Source of the DNA: a candidate division WOR-3 bacterium
GTDB lineage: Bacteria > Hydrothermota > Tepidihabitantia > B3-TA06
Length of the DNA stretch: 63,122 nucleotides
NCBI GenBank assembly: GCA_023128825.1
Contig: JAGMDF010000109.1
Location: 1-63,122, forward strand
Direction: 5' to 3'
The position numbers and the translations under genes are program-made. The notes under the pieces were generated by a model that did no database searches, had not been told where the DNA came from, and worked only from the letters and a program-made list of their open reading frames with translations. Of this stretch, positions 8,399-17,509 are shown piece after piece. How positions within the stretch are numbered: position 1 is the first letter of the stretch; the number at the start of each line of letters is the position of its first letter.

Positions 8399-10092
8399 GT
8401 TACTTAAGAAAGGCCTTGGGGCCGTTGTTGGCTGCCGGTGTTCTTCTCTCGGCCACTGGATGCGCGTGGCTTTTTGTAAACAGGGACAGATACGAAGCCG
8501 AAGCCCTGGCGGTGTTCCAGGCAGGAGAGACGTTCTACAAGAAAGCCGACTACGAAAAGGCGATATCTTCATTCACCGCGGTCATAAATGGTTATCCCCG
8601 CTCCGAGCTTGTAGATGACGCATACTACCTCGCATCGCTCGCTTTTGTCAAGAAAAAGGACTGGCGGCACGCTGTGGGCGCGGCCCAGCAGCTTGAGGCG
8701 GAGTTTCCCAAATCCCCATTAGTCCCAAAGGTTCAAATCGTGCTGGCACAAGGCTATGAGCACCTTGGGCTTTACGTGCCTGCACTTTTAGCATACTTCG
8801 AGACCTACCTTTATTCTGACAACATCGGGGAGCGAAAGAAGGCAGAGTCACAGGCCAAGAACCTGTTGGGGCGTGAGCAGGACTTCAACGTGCTTACCGA
8901 CCTTTATGCTAACTATAAAGACACGGACGTAGCGGAGTGGTTCCTTTTCCGATTGGGAATGCGGGCTTTTGAACTGGATAACTATACCTCGGCCGAGCGC
9001 TACTTTGCCGAGCTTCGAGCGCGCTTCCCGCGCAGTCCGTATATTGATAAGATAGGAGGGCGGGAGATTTCGGCGGCGGCGCTCAAGGGTGAACTCGTCT
9101 GCGGGGTGCTCCTGCCCCTTTCAGGGAGTTTCTCGACATACGGTCAGTCGGTAAGAGAAGGAATTGAACTTGCACACAGCCTTAAGGGAGGCAGCACGGT
9201 TCATCTGGAGATATACGATACCCGCTCCGATCCAACCCAGGCCGCCATGGGGGCGGAGGTTTTAATCCGCAAGAAAGCCAAGGTCATCGTAGGGCCGCTG
9301 ACCTCGGCAGAAGTAAACGCTGTTGCAAAAATCGCAGCCAAAGCGGGTATCGTTATGATCTCGCCTACCTCAACCGACCCAGGTCTGCTTTCCCTTTACG
9401 AGTGTCTTTTCCAGCTGAACTCCTACGCCGAGTCAGAGGCCCGCGAGATCGCCCGCTACGCTGCACGGCACGGCATAACGAGATTCGGAATACTCTACCC
9501 TAATAACGAGCAGGCTAAGACGATTGTCGATGCGTTTACGACCACGGTGCGATCCGAGGGCGGCCAGGTTATCTACTCTCACGCCTTGAGCGACACCGTG
9601 GTAGAGATGAAGGGAACCTTTCTCAATGTCCGTCACCAGGGCGCCGAGGGTCTTTTCTTGCCCCTTGACCGCCAACAGCTTCTTTCGGTAGTTCCGCAGG
9701 TGGTATACTATAGAATGAAGGTACGTATACTGGGTCTGGATGATTTTGCGGATGCGGAGATTCTTCGCCGCGGCGGTGCGCCCTTTGAGGGAGCGTGGTT
9801 TGCCGCATCCGGGGGGCGTATTGCAAATCCTATACCGTTCGAGACGTTCTTCGCTCACTACACCAGACGCTACAACAAGGAGCCTGACTGGGCCGCAACC
9901 CTTGGATACGATGCCTACAACTTCCTATACGAGGCACTCACTCAGGGTAGGGATCTCTCCCTGTGCCAGGCGCTCCGCGGGCTTGAGAACCGCCGGGGGG
10001 TACTGGGACGCCTCCTTTTCCTTACCAATCCCAGCGAGCCCTCGGTGCGTATCTACACAATTCACGCCAACGAAGTGAAGGAGATTAAATGA
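8395..10092 (+). CDS. lipoprotein with N-terminal TPR region and C-terminal type-I periplasmic binding fold (LivK/LpoA-like)
   Basis: Lipobox LLSATGC. TPR-like YYLASLAF... segments are present. The C-terminal half has VCGVLLPLSGSFSTYGQSVREGIELA...VGPLTSAEV...ISPTST. Confidence 0.85.
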   Translation: MSYLRKALGPLLAAGVLLSATGCAWLFVNRDRYEAEALAVFQAGETFYKKADYEKAISSFTAVINGYPRSELVDDAYYLASLAFVKKKDWRHAVGAAQQLEAEFPKSPLVPKVQIVLAQGYEHLGLYVPALLAYFETYLYSDNIGERKKAESQAKNLLGREQDFNVLTDLYANYKDTDVAEWFLFRLGMRAFELDNYTSAERYFAELRARFPRSPYIDKIGGREISAAALKGELVCGVLLPLSGSFSTYGQSVREGIELAHSLKGGSTVHLEIYDTRSDPTQAAMGAEVLIRKKAKVIVGPLTSAEVNAVAKIAAKAGIVMISPTSTDPGLLSLYECLFQLNSYAESEAREIARYAARHGITRFGILYPNNEQAKTIVDAFTTTVRSEGGQVIYSHALSDTVVEMKGTFLNVRHQGAEGLFLPLDRQQLLSVVPQVVYYRMKVRILGLDDFADAEILRRGGAPFEGAWFAASGGRIANPIPFETFFAHYTRRYNKEPDWAATLGYDAYNFLYEALTQGRDLSLCQALRGLENRRGVLGRLLFLTNPSEPSVRIYTIHANEVKEIK

Positions 10093-10319
10093 AAAAAAGG
10101 AAAAGGAAGGAGATAGTGGCCGCGCCCCAAACGCCGCGCTTTCAGCTTATTAACTGGGTTCTGCTGGCCGCAGCGATTGTTCTGATAGCCTTAGGGTTCT
10201 TCAGCCTCTCGCGCGGCTCCATCACACTTGCCCCGATCCTCTTGGTTGCAGGTTACTGTGTAGTGGTGCCGCTGGCTCTGCTGCTGCGAGTAAAACCCAA
10301 AGAAAAAGACCATGCCTGA
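10089..10319 (+). CDS. small membrane protein (2 predicted TM helices)
   Basis: 76-aa ORF that overlaps both neighbours by 4 and 8 nt. It has two hydrophobic stretches. Confidence 0.6.
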   Translation: MKKRKRKEIVAAPQTPRFQLINWVLLAAAIVLIALGFFSLSRGSITLAPILLVAGYCVVVPLALLLRVKPKEKDHA

Positions 10320-10860
10320 GCGTCAGTTAGCGGATGCGGTTGAAATAAACCGGATGATCACCCGCATCGCCACTCAGATAATCGAACGCAACAAGGGTTC
10401 CGAGAACCTTGCGCTTGTGGGTATCGTTCGGCGAGGAGACGCGCTGGCTAAAAGGTTAGCCGCTGAGATCAAACGTCTGGAAGGACGCGATGTTCCTGTG
10501 GGAGCAATAGATATAACCCTTTACCGGGACGACCTTCAGCTTGCAGCAGAGATGCCGATAGTCCAGGCGACATCAATACCTTTCGATGTAACGGGCAAGA
10601 TCATCGTGCTCGTAGACGACGTGCTCTACACCGGCCGCACGGTAAGGGCCGCCTTAACTGAGATTCTTGACTTCGGAAGACCCAAGATAATCCAGCTGGC
10701 TGTATTGGTCGATCGCATCCACCGGGAGCTGCCAATAGGAGCGGATTTCACCGGCCGCAAGATACCCGCTTCAACGAGTGAGATAGTAGACGTATTCCTT
10801 GAAGAAACCGATGAGCGAGAAGGTATATTTATTAAGAAAAAAGAACCCGAGGAGGGATAG
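10312..10860 (+). CDS. pyrR: bifunctional pyrimidine operon regulator / uracil phosphoribosyltransferase PyrR
   Basis: LVGIVRRGDALAKRLA and the PRPP loop IVLVDDVLYTGRTVRAAL. Confidence 0.93.
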   Translation: MPERQLADAVEINRMITRIATQIIERNKGSENLALVGIVRRGDALAKRLAAEIKRLEGRDVPVGAIDITLYRDDLQLAAEMPIVQATSIPFDVTGKIIVLVDDVLYTGRTVRAALTEILDFGRPKIIQLAVLVDRIHRELPIGADFTGRKIPASTSEIVDVFLEETDEREGIFIKKKEPEEG

Positions 10861-10862
10861 AA

Positions 10863-11798
10863 GTGACCTGGACTCACAAGAACCTGTTGGGTCTTGAGGG
10901 ATTATCCAGGGAAGAGATAACCTTCATACTCGACACCGCAGAGCGATTTCACGAGGTGCTGGACAGACCCATTCCTCTGGTGCCCGCCCTGCGCGGGAAG
11001 ACCATCCTGAATATGTTCTACGAACCCTCAACCCGAACCGCCACCTCGTTCGCAATGGCAGCAAAGAGGCTCTCCGCCGACGTGGTCGGGTTCAGCAAAG
11101 CCTCATCGAGCGTTAAGAAGGGCGAGACCCTTCTGGACACGGTTCGCACCATCGAATCCATGCGTGTGGACGGGGTGGTGATACGTCACTCCTGTCCCGG
11201 TGCTGCCCGCTTCATAGCCCAAAGGATCGACGCCTTCGTGATAAACGCTGGCGACGGTGCGCACGAGCATCCCACCCAGGGGCTTCTGGACCTCTCCGCA
11301 GCCCGCAAAAGGTTGGAAAGTTTCGAGGGCAGACATCTGGTAGTAGTAGGCGATATTACCCACAGCCGGGTGGCGCGCTCAGCCATCTACGGATTCTCCA
11401 CAATGGGTGCTGAGATTACGGTATGCGGGCCAGCGACCCTTATCCCACCTCATTTTAAGAAGGCCTTCCCAAACGTAGGTATAGAAACCGACTTCGATAG
11501 GCTCCTCGCCGACGCCGATATGATAATGATGCTCCGGTTACAGCTTGAGCGCCAAGGCAAGGGGCTGTTTCCTTCGATAAGGGAGTACCGCAAGCTCTAC
11601 TGCCTGACCGCAGAACGGATAAAGAAGGCGAAACCTGACGTGGTGGTTATGCATCCGGGACCCATGAACAGAGGGATAGAGATAGAACCGGCTGTAGCCG
11701 ACGGTCCGAACTCGGTGGTGTTGGCTCAGGTGCGCGCCGGTGTGGCGGTACGCATGGCGGTTCTTTACATACTTGCAGGAGGCGAGCTTGAGCACTAG
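10863..11798 (+). CDS. pyrB: aspartate carbamoyltransferase catalytic subunit
   Basis: GTG start. Motifs FYEPSTRTATSF, HPTQGLLD and HPGPMNRG. Confidence 0.95.
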   Translation: MTWTHKNLLGLEGLSREEITFILDTAERFHEVLDRPIPLVPALRGKTILNMFYEPSTRTATSFAMAAKRLSADVVGFSKASSSVKKGETLLDTVRTIESMRVDGVVIRHSCPGAARFIAQRIDAFVINAGDGAHEHPTQGLLDLSAARKRLESFEGRHLVVVGDITHSRVARSAIYGFSTMGAEITVCGPATLIPPHFKKAFPNVGIETDFDRLLADADMIMMLRLQLERQGKGLFPSIREYRKLYCLTAERIKKAKPDVVVMHPGPMNRGIEIEPAVADGPNSVVLAQVRAGVAVRMAVLYILAGGELEH

Positions 11799-13065
11799 AT
11801 TTCTCATACGCGGCGGATACGTCTTCTTCCCTGAAGAGGAAGCCATGCGAAGGGCGGATGTTGAGATCGCGGAGGGCCGCATCGCAAGGATTGCAGAGAC
11901 GCTCCCTGCCGAGGCCGATACCCGGATAATCGAGGCGCAGGATAAACTCCTATCCCCGGGTTTAGTGGACCTGCACGCCCATCTGCGCGAGCCTGGACGT
12001 GAGGATACCGAGACCCTGGAATCGGGCGCCTGGGCCGGACTTGCCGGAGGATTCACCACAATATGCGCGATGCCGAACACCCAGCCTCCAACCGACACAA
12101 GGGAGCAGGCAGCGTTCATCAGGAAGCGCTCAGATGAGCTCGGTCTTGCGCGCATACTCCCAATTGGCGCCGCAACCAAGGGCAGAGCCGGTGAGGAGAT
12201 TACCGAATACGCGCTCCTTAAGGAAGCGGGTGTCGTGGCTGTATCAGACGACGGCGACTGGATTTATTCTGCTGAAGTGATGCGCCGCGCGCTTGAGTAT
12301 GCAGGGATGCTTGGCCTCGTGGTTATTACCCACGCGGAGGAGCCGAACCTGTGCGAAGAAGGGGTGATGAACGAAAGTGCGATCTCGGCAAGGCTTGGAC
12401 TTAAGGTCAGACCTGCGGTGGCGGAAGAGGTTGCGATCCAGCGCGACATAGCGCTTGCCTCCTGCACCGGCTCCCACCTGCACGTTGCACATATCACCAC
12501 CGCGCGCGGAGTGGAGCTGGTGCGTCAGGCACGAGCCAAAGGAATAAAGGTCACGACAGAAGCCACACCTCACCACCTGCTCCTCACTGACGAGGCGCTT
12601 TTAAGCTTCGACGCCAACTACAAGGTCAACCCGCCCTTGAGAACCGAGGAGGACAGGAAGGCGCTACTTGAGGCTCTCAAAGACGGAACCATCCAGGCAA
12701 TAGCCACAGATCACGCCCCTCACGCAATAGAAGAGAAGGAACAAGAACTTGACCTTGCACCCGCAGGGATGATTGGTTTGCAGACCGCCCTATCGGTGCT
12801 CTGGGAGAGCTTGGTTGAACCCGGAGTTATCAAACCCGAGCTCCTGCTCGGGCTTCTTACCACAGGGCCTGCGTCGGTCATAGGCGAGAAGGTCGAATTG
12901 AAGGAAGAAATCCCGGCGAATCTTATGGTCTTTGATCCTGCCGCGCGCTGGACGTTCGATGCGGAGACCAACCGTTCGCTGTCGCAAAACTCGCCCTGGT
13001 TCGGTAAAAAGCTCAAGGGCAAGGTCGAGCACGTCTTTTTGGAGAAGAAGCACTTCAGCTTCTGA
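11788..13065 (+). CDS. pyrC: dihydroorotase
   Basis: Motifs DLHAHLREPG, HVAHITT and ATDHAPH. I prefer the TTG start at 11788, which is preceded by AGGAGG at 11777-11782 and gives MSTRFLIRGG. The ORF track start at 11740 would overlap pyrB by 59 nt. Confidence 0.9.
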   Translation: MSTRFLIRGGYVFFPEEEAMRRADVEIAEGRIARIAETLPAEADTRIIEAQDKLLSPGLVDLHAHLREPGREDTETLESGAWAGLAGGFTTICAMPNTQPPTDTREQAAFIRKRSDELGLARILPIGAATKGRAGEEITEYALLKEAGVVAVSDDGDWIYSAEVMRRALEYAGMLGLVVITHAEEPNLCEEGVMNESAISARLGLKVRPAVAEEVAIQRDIALASCTGSHLHVAHITTARGVELVRQARAKGIKVTTEATPHHLLLTDEALLSFDANYKVNPPLRTEEDRKALLEALKDGTIQAIATDHAPHAIEEKEQELDLAPAGMIGLQTALSVLWESLVEPGVIKPELLLGLLTTGPASVIGEKVELKEEIPANLMVFDPAARWTFDAETNRSLSQNSPWFGKKLKGKVEHVFLEKKHFSF

Positions 13066-13077
13066 TCGAAACCTCTC

Positions 13078-13368
13078 TTAGCGTATCAAGACCAGCTTCA
13101 GGGTTGAAGAAGCCGGTGATAGTTTGACAAAATACACCCCTGGGGATAGGGGCCGTCCGTTAGCATCCGTTCCATCCCAATGGATGGTTTGATTGTCACT
13201 GATCGTTAGATCCCTGACCACGCTCCCGCTTGCGTCGTAGATAATCAGCTCTCCCCCACTGACCAAGGGAGAGATACGGAAGGTAAAGTTTTGCCCAACG
13301 CCCGGCTCCACTGCAAGGGATAGCTTCGATTCTGATTCAGGCAACTCCTCGTCAATTCCCGCACCCAC
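13078..13368 (-). pseudogene. orphan T9SS/FlgD-type C-terminal sorting domain with no cargo or signal peptide
   Basis: The ORF ends ...LIIYDASGSVVRDL...WDGTDANGRPLSPGVYFVKL...LKLVLIR*. It has only a GTG start, no N-terminal signal, and about 96 aa in total. Confidence 0.55.
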
Positions 13369-13395
13369 GACGTAAGAGGCATATGCTTCGTAATA

Positions 13396-13676
13396 TCATT
13401 TGTTTAGTCCCTTTGCCTGTCTTATCAAGACAACCCGTGCGTTGGCGTTGAACTCGTTATTGTACATCCTGATGAAGTAGACACCTGAAGGACAGCTTGC
13501 ACCTTTTGCGTCTTTGCCGTTCCATGTAACCTCGTAGTGTCCAGGAGTCTTCTTAAATCCGATGTCAGTAACTTGACCTTTCGACCCGTAACGTCGAAGA
13601 CGCTCAGCTTCACCAGTTGGTCTTCTTTAGAACCCAGTGTGCCGCCTATGGAGATTGTTGTTATTGTGAAGAATCG
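13396..13676 (-). pseudogene. 5'-truncated and frameshifted T9SS/FlgD-type CTD remnant
   Basis: Frame A reads ...TTISIGGTLGSKEDQLVKLSVFDVTGRKVKLL. After a 1-nt shift, frame B reads TDIGFKKTPGHYEVTWNGKDAKGASCPSGVYFIRMYNNEFNANARVVLIR. It abuts the stop of the GT2 gene. Confidence 0.6.
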
Positions 13677-15020
13677 TCAGGCCTTGGCTATCTCCTCACC
13701 CTTTATGCGTTTCACCTTCTTCCAGCCACGGGTCTCAAGCCCGCAGATAAGGTTGAAGGTCGCGGCTATCACCAGCGGGAACCAGTGAAACATGTAGAGC
13801 ATCGTGATGCAGGTGCGACCGATTATCTGCCAGAAGGAGTACCGGCGCTCACGCACATACGCCGATACCAACTTGATCAGAATGAATATAGCAACCGCTC
13901 CCATAACGACGGCAAGGCTCCCCAACCGCAGGTATCCAAGTGTAAATATCCAGACCACCTGGGTCAGGAGATCGAACAGCACGTATATGGGCAGGGCGAA
14001 CTCGGTTAAGAACATCACCATGTCAAAGCGCTGACGCGGATGAAGCGGCCCCTTCAGCAGCCGTGGAAGATACATAAGATAGCGCAGCATGCTGCCTTCA
14101 AGCCACCGGATCCGCTGCCGGGAAAAGCCCTTGAAATCCGGTGCGGCCTGCTCCCACACGGCGGTCTCGGGAACAAAGCGTATCCTGTACCCCCCAAGAA
14201 GCATCTTGGTTGAAAGGTCAAGATCCTCGGTAAGTGTGTGGTTGCTCCAGCCGCCTACAGCTTCAAGTGCCGAGCGTTTTATAAACGAGCCGTTGCCCTT
14301 GAACTCCACAGCCCCGCCCACCGAGTCGCGCCCAAGCTGAATGCTTATATCGATCTTGTACTCATCCGACTGCAGCAGGCACAAAAAGTTGGTCTCAGGA
14401 TTGGCTATCCGCTTTGTCACCTGAGCCCCGCCCGTCCGTTCTGGAGCCAGGTAACCCACAGCGCGGGTGATGAGGTCAGGGGGAAAGTTGGCGTCCGCAT
14501 CAAGAACCAAAAGAACCTCGCCCTTTGTGAAAGGAAGGCATTCGTTCAAGGCCGCGGCCTTGCCCGCAAAGGCGTCCCGCTTGCGGGAAAGAACCCCCAG
14601 CTTAGGGTAACGTTTCTTTAATCCCTCGATGACTTGCGGGGTATTGTCAGTAGAACGATCGTCGATCACCCAAACCTCGTAGTTCCGTGCCCCCTTCTCA
14701 TGATAGCGAAGCTTGAACGCCTGCTTGACTGTCTCGGCAATGACCTCCTCTTCGTTATGAGCCGGGATAAGTACCGAGACGAAAGGGCGATAATTTTTAT
14801 CCGGTGGCCTGCGTTCGGCGCGCTTACCTATCATCAAAGCCGAGTAGCCTATAAGCAGAATGAAGAAAAGCCCGGTGCCTACGAAAAACCAGGGGCCCAG
14901 CTTCATAAACATCTGCAGACCTGCGAGGGCGGCTACAAAGATAAAAAGGATCAGCCTGCGGTTAAAAGGAATCCGTGCTATCATGTTTGTTAGTTTATCA
15001 GTCCTCAGGCAACTTGTCAA
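13677..15020 (-). CDS. membrane-embedded family-2 glycosyltransferase (processive synthase type)
   Basis: VSVLIPAHNEEEVI, VIDDRSTDNT, LVLDADANFPPD and the QRIRWLEG (QxxRW) motif, with TM helices on both sides. Confidence 0.92.
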   Translation of the reverse strand: MTSCLRTDKLTNMIARIPFNRRLILFIFVAALAGLQMFMKLGPWFFVGTGLFFILLIGYSALMIGKRAERRPPDKNYRPFVSVLIPAHNEEEVIAETVKQAFKLRYHEKGARNYEVWVIDDRSTDNTPQVIEGLKKRYPKLGVLSRKRDAFAGKAAALNECLPFTKGEVLLVLDADANFPPDLITRAVGYLAPERTGGAQVTKRIANPETNFLCLLQSDEYKIDISIQLGRDSVGGAVEFKGNGSFIKRSALEAVGGWSNHTLTEDLDLSTKMLLGGYRIRFVPETAVWEQAAPDFKGFSRQRIRWLEGSMLRYLMYLPRLLKGPLHPRQRFDMVMFLTEFALPIYVLFDLLTQVVWIFTLGYLRLGSLAVVMGAVAIFILIKLVSAYVRERRYSFWQIIGRTCITMLYMFHWFPLVIAATFNLICGLETRGWKKVKRIKGEEIAKA

Positions 15021-15038
15021 GGAACCGCAGTTCGCACC

Positions 15039-15485
15039 TCATCGCTTGGTGATCTTTCTGAGGCGTGAGTTACCCTTCTCAGCGGTTGATGGAGCCTCCT
15101 TAGCCGCAGCGATTCGAAGGGCCAGGTCTTGCCTGAAGATGATAAGGATGACGATAACGGCGAAAACCCCGGAAAGAACCCCGATCCTGAAGTACCAGGA
15201 AAGCGAGATGGGGGCAAAGAACCGCACTGCAAGAAAAGCAAGCAGACATACGAGAAGGAACATCAAGCCGTCTATAATCCAAAGAATCGCTCGAGACGGC
15301 GGCCTCTTGTCGGCACGTCGGTGATAGTAGCCGCTGCGGCGTTTTACGACGTGGACAGCGAGAAGGATCAGGGAAACGAGCCAGAGAGCCCCGACTGTTA
15401 TCGCAAGCCAGGGCCCAAGACGTGACTCGATTAGAGAACTGATCCCAAGCATTCCCAAAGATACCGCTTTCTGCGGAACTGTCAA
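15039..15485 (-). CDS. hypothetical integral membrane protein (about 4 TM)
   Basis: Hydrophobic 148-aa ORF directly upstream of the GT2 gene. The track start is a TTG, and an in-frame ATG 11 codons downstream is an alternative. Confidence 0.6.
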   Translation of the reverse strand: MTVPQKAVSLGMLGISSLIESRLGPWLAITVGALWLVSLILLAVHVVKRRSGYYHRRADKRPPSRAILWIIDGLMFLLVCLLAFLAVRFFAPISLSWYFRIGVLSGVFAVIVILIIFRQDLALRIAAAKEAPSTAEKGNSRLRKITKR

Positions 15486-15494
15486 GTAAAAATC

Positions 15495-15522
15495 TTGACA
15501 AGTAATGTTGCATCAATAGAAT
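15495..15522 (+). promoter_or_regulatory. sigma70-like promoter (TTGACA-N16-TAGAAT)
   Basis: -35 at 15495-15500 and -10 at 15517-15522, followed by AAAGGAG and the ATG at 15559. Confidence 0.5.
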
Positions 15523-15558
15523 AGAGCTAGACTTGTGGGAGGAGACGAAAGGAGAATC

Positions 15559-16500
15559 ATGAAGGTTCTGGTTACCGGAGCGGATAAATTCCTTGGTTCA
15601 CACCTTGTGGATCGTCTTGTGGCCGAGAACGAGGATGTTGTAGCGCTTGATCCCACGGGAGGACGAGGATTCATAACCACCCGAGCCCGCGTATATCGCC
15701 ACGATTATCGCTCGGAAAATTTGCAAAAACTCTTCGAGAGGGAGCGAGTGGACGTCGTTTGCCACTTCGCCTACGAACATTCCATAGTAAACAGCTTCGA
15801 ACAACCTCTTCAAAACGCAGACCATATCCTTTACAGCCTGATTCTTCTTGAGCTGTGCAAACAATATCACGTAAAACGGGTGATCTACGGCTCTTCTACT
15901 GCGGTCTACGGAAACCCCCAGTATCTGCCGTGTGACGAGGAGCACCCGACTCATCCGGTTTCGCCGGTGGGGATCACCCAGCGAACGGTCGAAAACTACC
16001 TCTACTCCTACTGGGTCAACTTCGGGCTTGATCATGTTATCCTGCGGACGGCAAACGTCTACGGCCCTCGTCAAAGCCCGGAGTCCGAAGGCCGAATTAT
16101 TTCTATCCTCATCGGCCGGATGCTAAAGGAAAGGCAGGTTATCATCAACGGCGACGGTTGGCAGGAGCGTGATTTTATCTTCTTCTCCGACGTAATGGAC
16201 GCGGCAATTGCGGCGATAAGACTCCCTGAACGGAAAACCAAGCGCGCCGCATCCGTCGACTTCATCTACAACCTGGGAACCGGTAAGAGTGTCTCAATCA
16301 ACCGGATCTTCGCAATGCTCAAGGAACGCATCCCGTACGGACACGAACCAGTCCGCGGACCCCAACTTCCATGTGAGGTATTCGAGATGCGCCTGGATCC
16401 TCATCACGCCCTAACCTCGCTGGGATTCAAGCCAAAGGTAGGGCTTGAGGAGGGAATTGACCGCACCCTGCTTTGGTTCAAAAAGGAACTGAACGTCTAG
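15559..16500 (+). CDS. NAD-dependent epimerase/dehydratase (SDR) family protein
   Basis: MKVLVTGADKFLGSHL Rossmann start and a YGSSTAVYG catalytic-region pattern. The ATG at 15559 has an SD, and the track start at 15535 is a GTG upstream. Confidence 0.88.
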   Translation: MKVLVTGADKFLGSHLVDRLVAENEDVVALDPTGGRGFITTRARVYRHDYRSENLQKLFERERVDVVCHFAYEHSIVNSFEQPLQNADHILYSLILLELCKQYHVKRVIYGSSTAVYGNPQYLPCDEEHPTHPVSPVGITQRTVENYLYSYWVNFGLDHVILRTANVYGPRQSPESEGRIISILIGRMLKERQVIINGDGWQERDFIFFSDVMDAAIAAIRLPERKTKRAASVDFIYNLGTGKSVSINRIFAMLKERIPYGHEPVRGPQLPCEVFEMRLDPHHALTSLGFKPKVGLEEGIDRTLLWFKKELNV

Positions 16501-16540
16501 CATCCGCCTCACTTACCGGGCAAGGAGGACGTGAAGGGGA

Positions 16541-17110
16541 TCATTCCTCTTCGTTGGCGGACGGCGAAAGGCCCCTCCTGCACCCCAGGACGTGCCAGTG
16601 AAAACTCCCAGGCCTGGCTTGCTCCTCATCCCTCAGATCAATAATCTCAACATCCCCCAGGAACGCCACCACATCGGCGGCATCACAGTAGTGAGTGAGC
16701 AGTCCGTTCAGGCTGAACGTATCAGGTTCAATCTCCATCCCCTTGCCGTAGTCAGCATGTCTGGTGGAGATAAGGGTTATGTAAAAGAAACCCTCCTCGC
16801 GGAGCCGGGCAAGGAGCGAGTCAATTGAACGCTTCAGCCCTTTGTGATCGGAGCGGTAGAGGGTGTTGAACGCAAAAACGAAGTCAAAGGGCCCCTCGAT
16901 AAGCCTGGCTCGAAGCCCTTCATCCTCAAGCGTTTTCGTAAGTTCGGCGAGTGATTCCTTGGATGGGTCGAGAACCGTGGCTTCAAATCCCTCGCTGACC
17001 AGAAGAGAGGCAACCTCCCCGCCACCCACTTGAAGAATCCTGCGCACAGCGTTTGCTCGCAGGAAGGGTAAAAGAGCGCTCACGCGTCGCAGGGCATAGG
17101 ATTCAGCCAT
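16541..17110 (-). CDS. putative class I SAM-dependent methyltransferase
   Basis: Motif-I-like ILQVGGGEVASLL...VLDPS and a post-I acidic residue. The motif is degenerate, so the function is tentative. Confidence 0.65.
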   Translation of the reverse strand: MAESYALRRVSALLPFLRANAVRRILQVGGGEVASLLVSEGFEATVLDPSKESLAELTKTLEDEGLRARLIEGPFDFVFAFNTLYRSDHKGLKRSIDSLLARLREEGFFYITLISTRHADYGKGMEIEPDTFSLNGLLTHYCDAADVVAFLGDVEIIDLRDEEQARPGSFHWHVLGCRRGLSPSANEEE

Positions 17111-17149
17111 TACTCCTCCGTCTCATGGTATCTATCCGAAAGGATTTCC

Positions 17150-17464
17150 CTAGTCTCTTCGGTGGCCTCGTCGACTTGCGTTAATTGTGACTCCACCGCC
17201 TCCACCCCATACGAGGATAACGCCAAGTAAGAACCCGAAGTCGTACCAGCCGCGGTTGTTGAAGCACTCATACATCTTAACGTTCTTGTTGAACAGGGAG
17301 ATGATGAAGGTGATTATTGAGATTATCCCATGCCACAGCCCGGCCCAGAAACCGGCAGGATTCGCCGCGTTCCAACGAGTAGGGTCTCCTGCCGCACACC
17401 CCAGAAAAACCAACGCAAACAAAACCAAAAAGACAGGTAGATAGTTCCAACTAAATCTCTTCAT
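17150..17464 (-). CDS. small membrane/lipoprotein-like protein
   Basis: MKRFSWNYLPVFLVLFALVFLGCAAG is a lipobox-like signal, followed by two more hydrophobic segments. I chose the ATG at 17464, which has an AGGAGGAG SD and lies downstream of the predicted -10. Confidence 0.65.
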   Translation of the reverse strand: MKRFSWNYLPVFLVLFALVFLGCAAGDPTRWNAANPAGFWAGLWHGIISIITFIISLFNKNVKMYECFNNRGWYDFGFLLGVILVWGGGGGVTINASRRGHRRD

Positions 17465-17481
17465 TAACTCCTCCTGCATCA

Positions 17482-17509
17482 ACTATACGCAAACGAAACG
17501 CCTGGTCAA
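17482..17509 (-). promoter_or_regulatory. sigma70-like promoter (TTGACC-N16-TATAGT)
   Basis: Reverse complement of ggtcaa (17504-17509) and actata (17482-17487). Confidence 0.45.

Noticed and set aside
11740-11787. Upstream ATG start for pyrC given by the ORF track.
   Set aside because: It would overlap pyrB by 59 nt and add an atypical N-terminus. The TTG at 11788 is preceded by AGGAGG and gives the canonical DHOase start.
11538-12179. 213-aa minus-strand ORF.
   Set aside because: It is antisense to pyrB/pyrC, and its Ser/Arg/Ala-rich composition is typical of antisense GC-rich frames.
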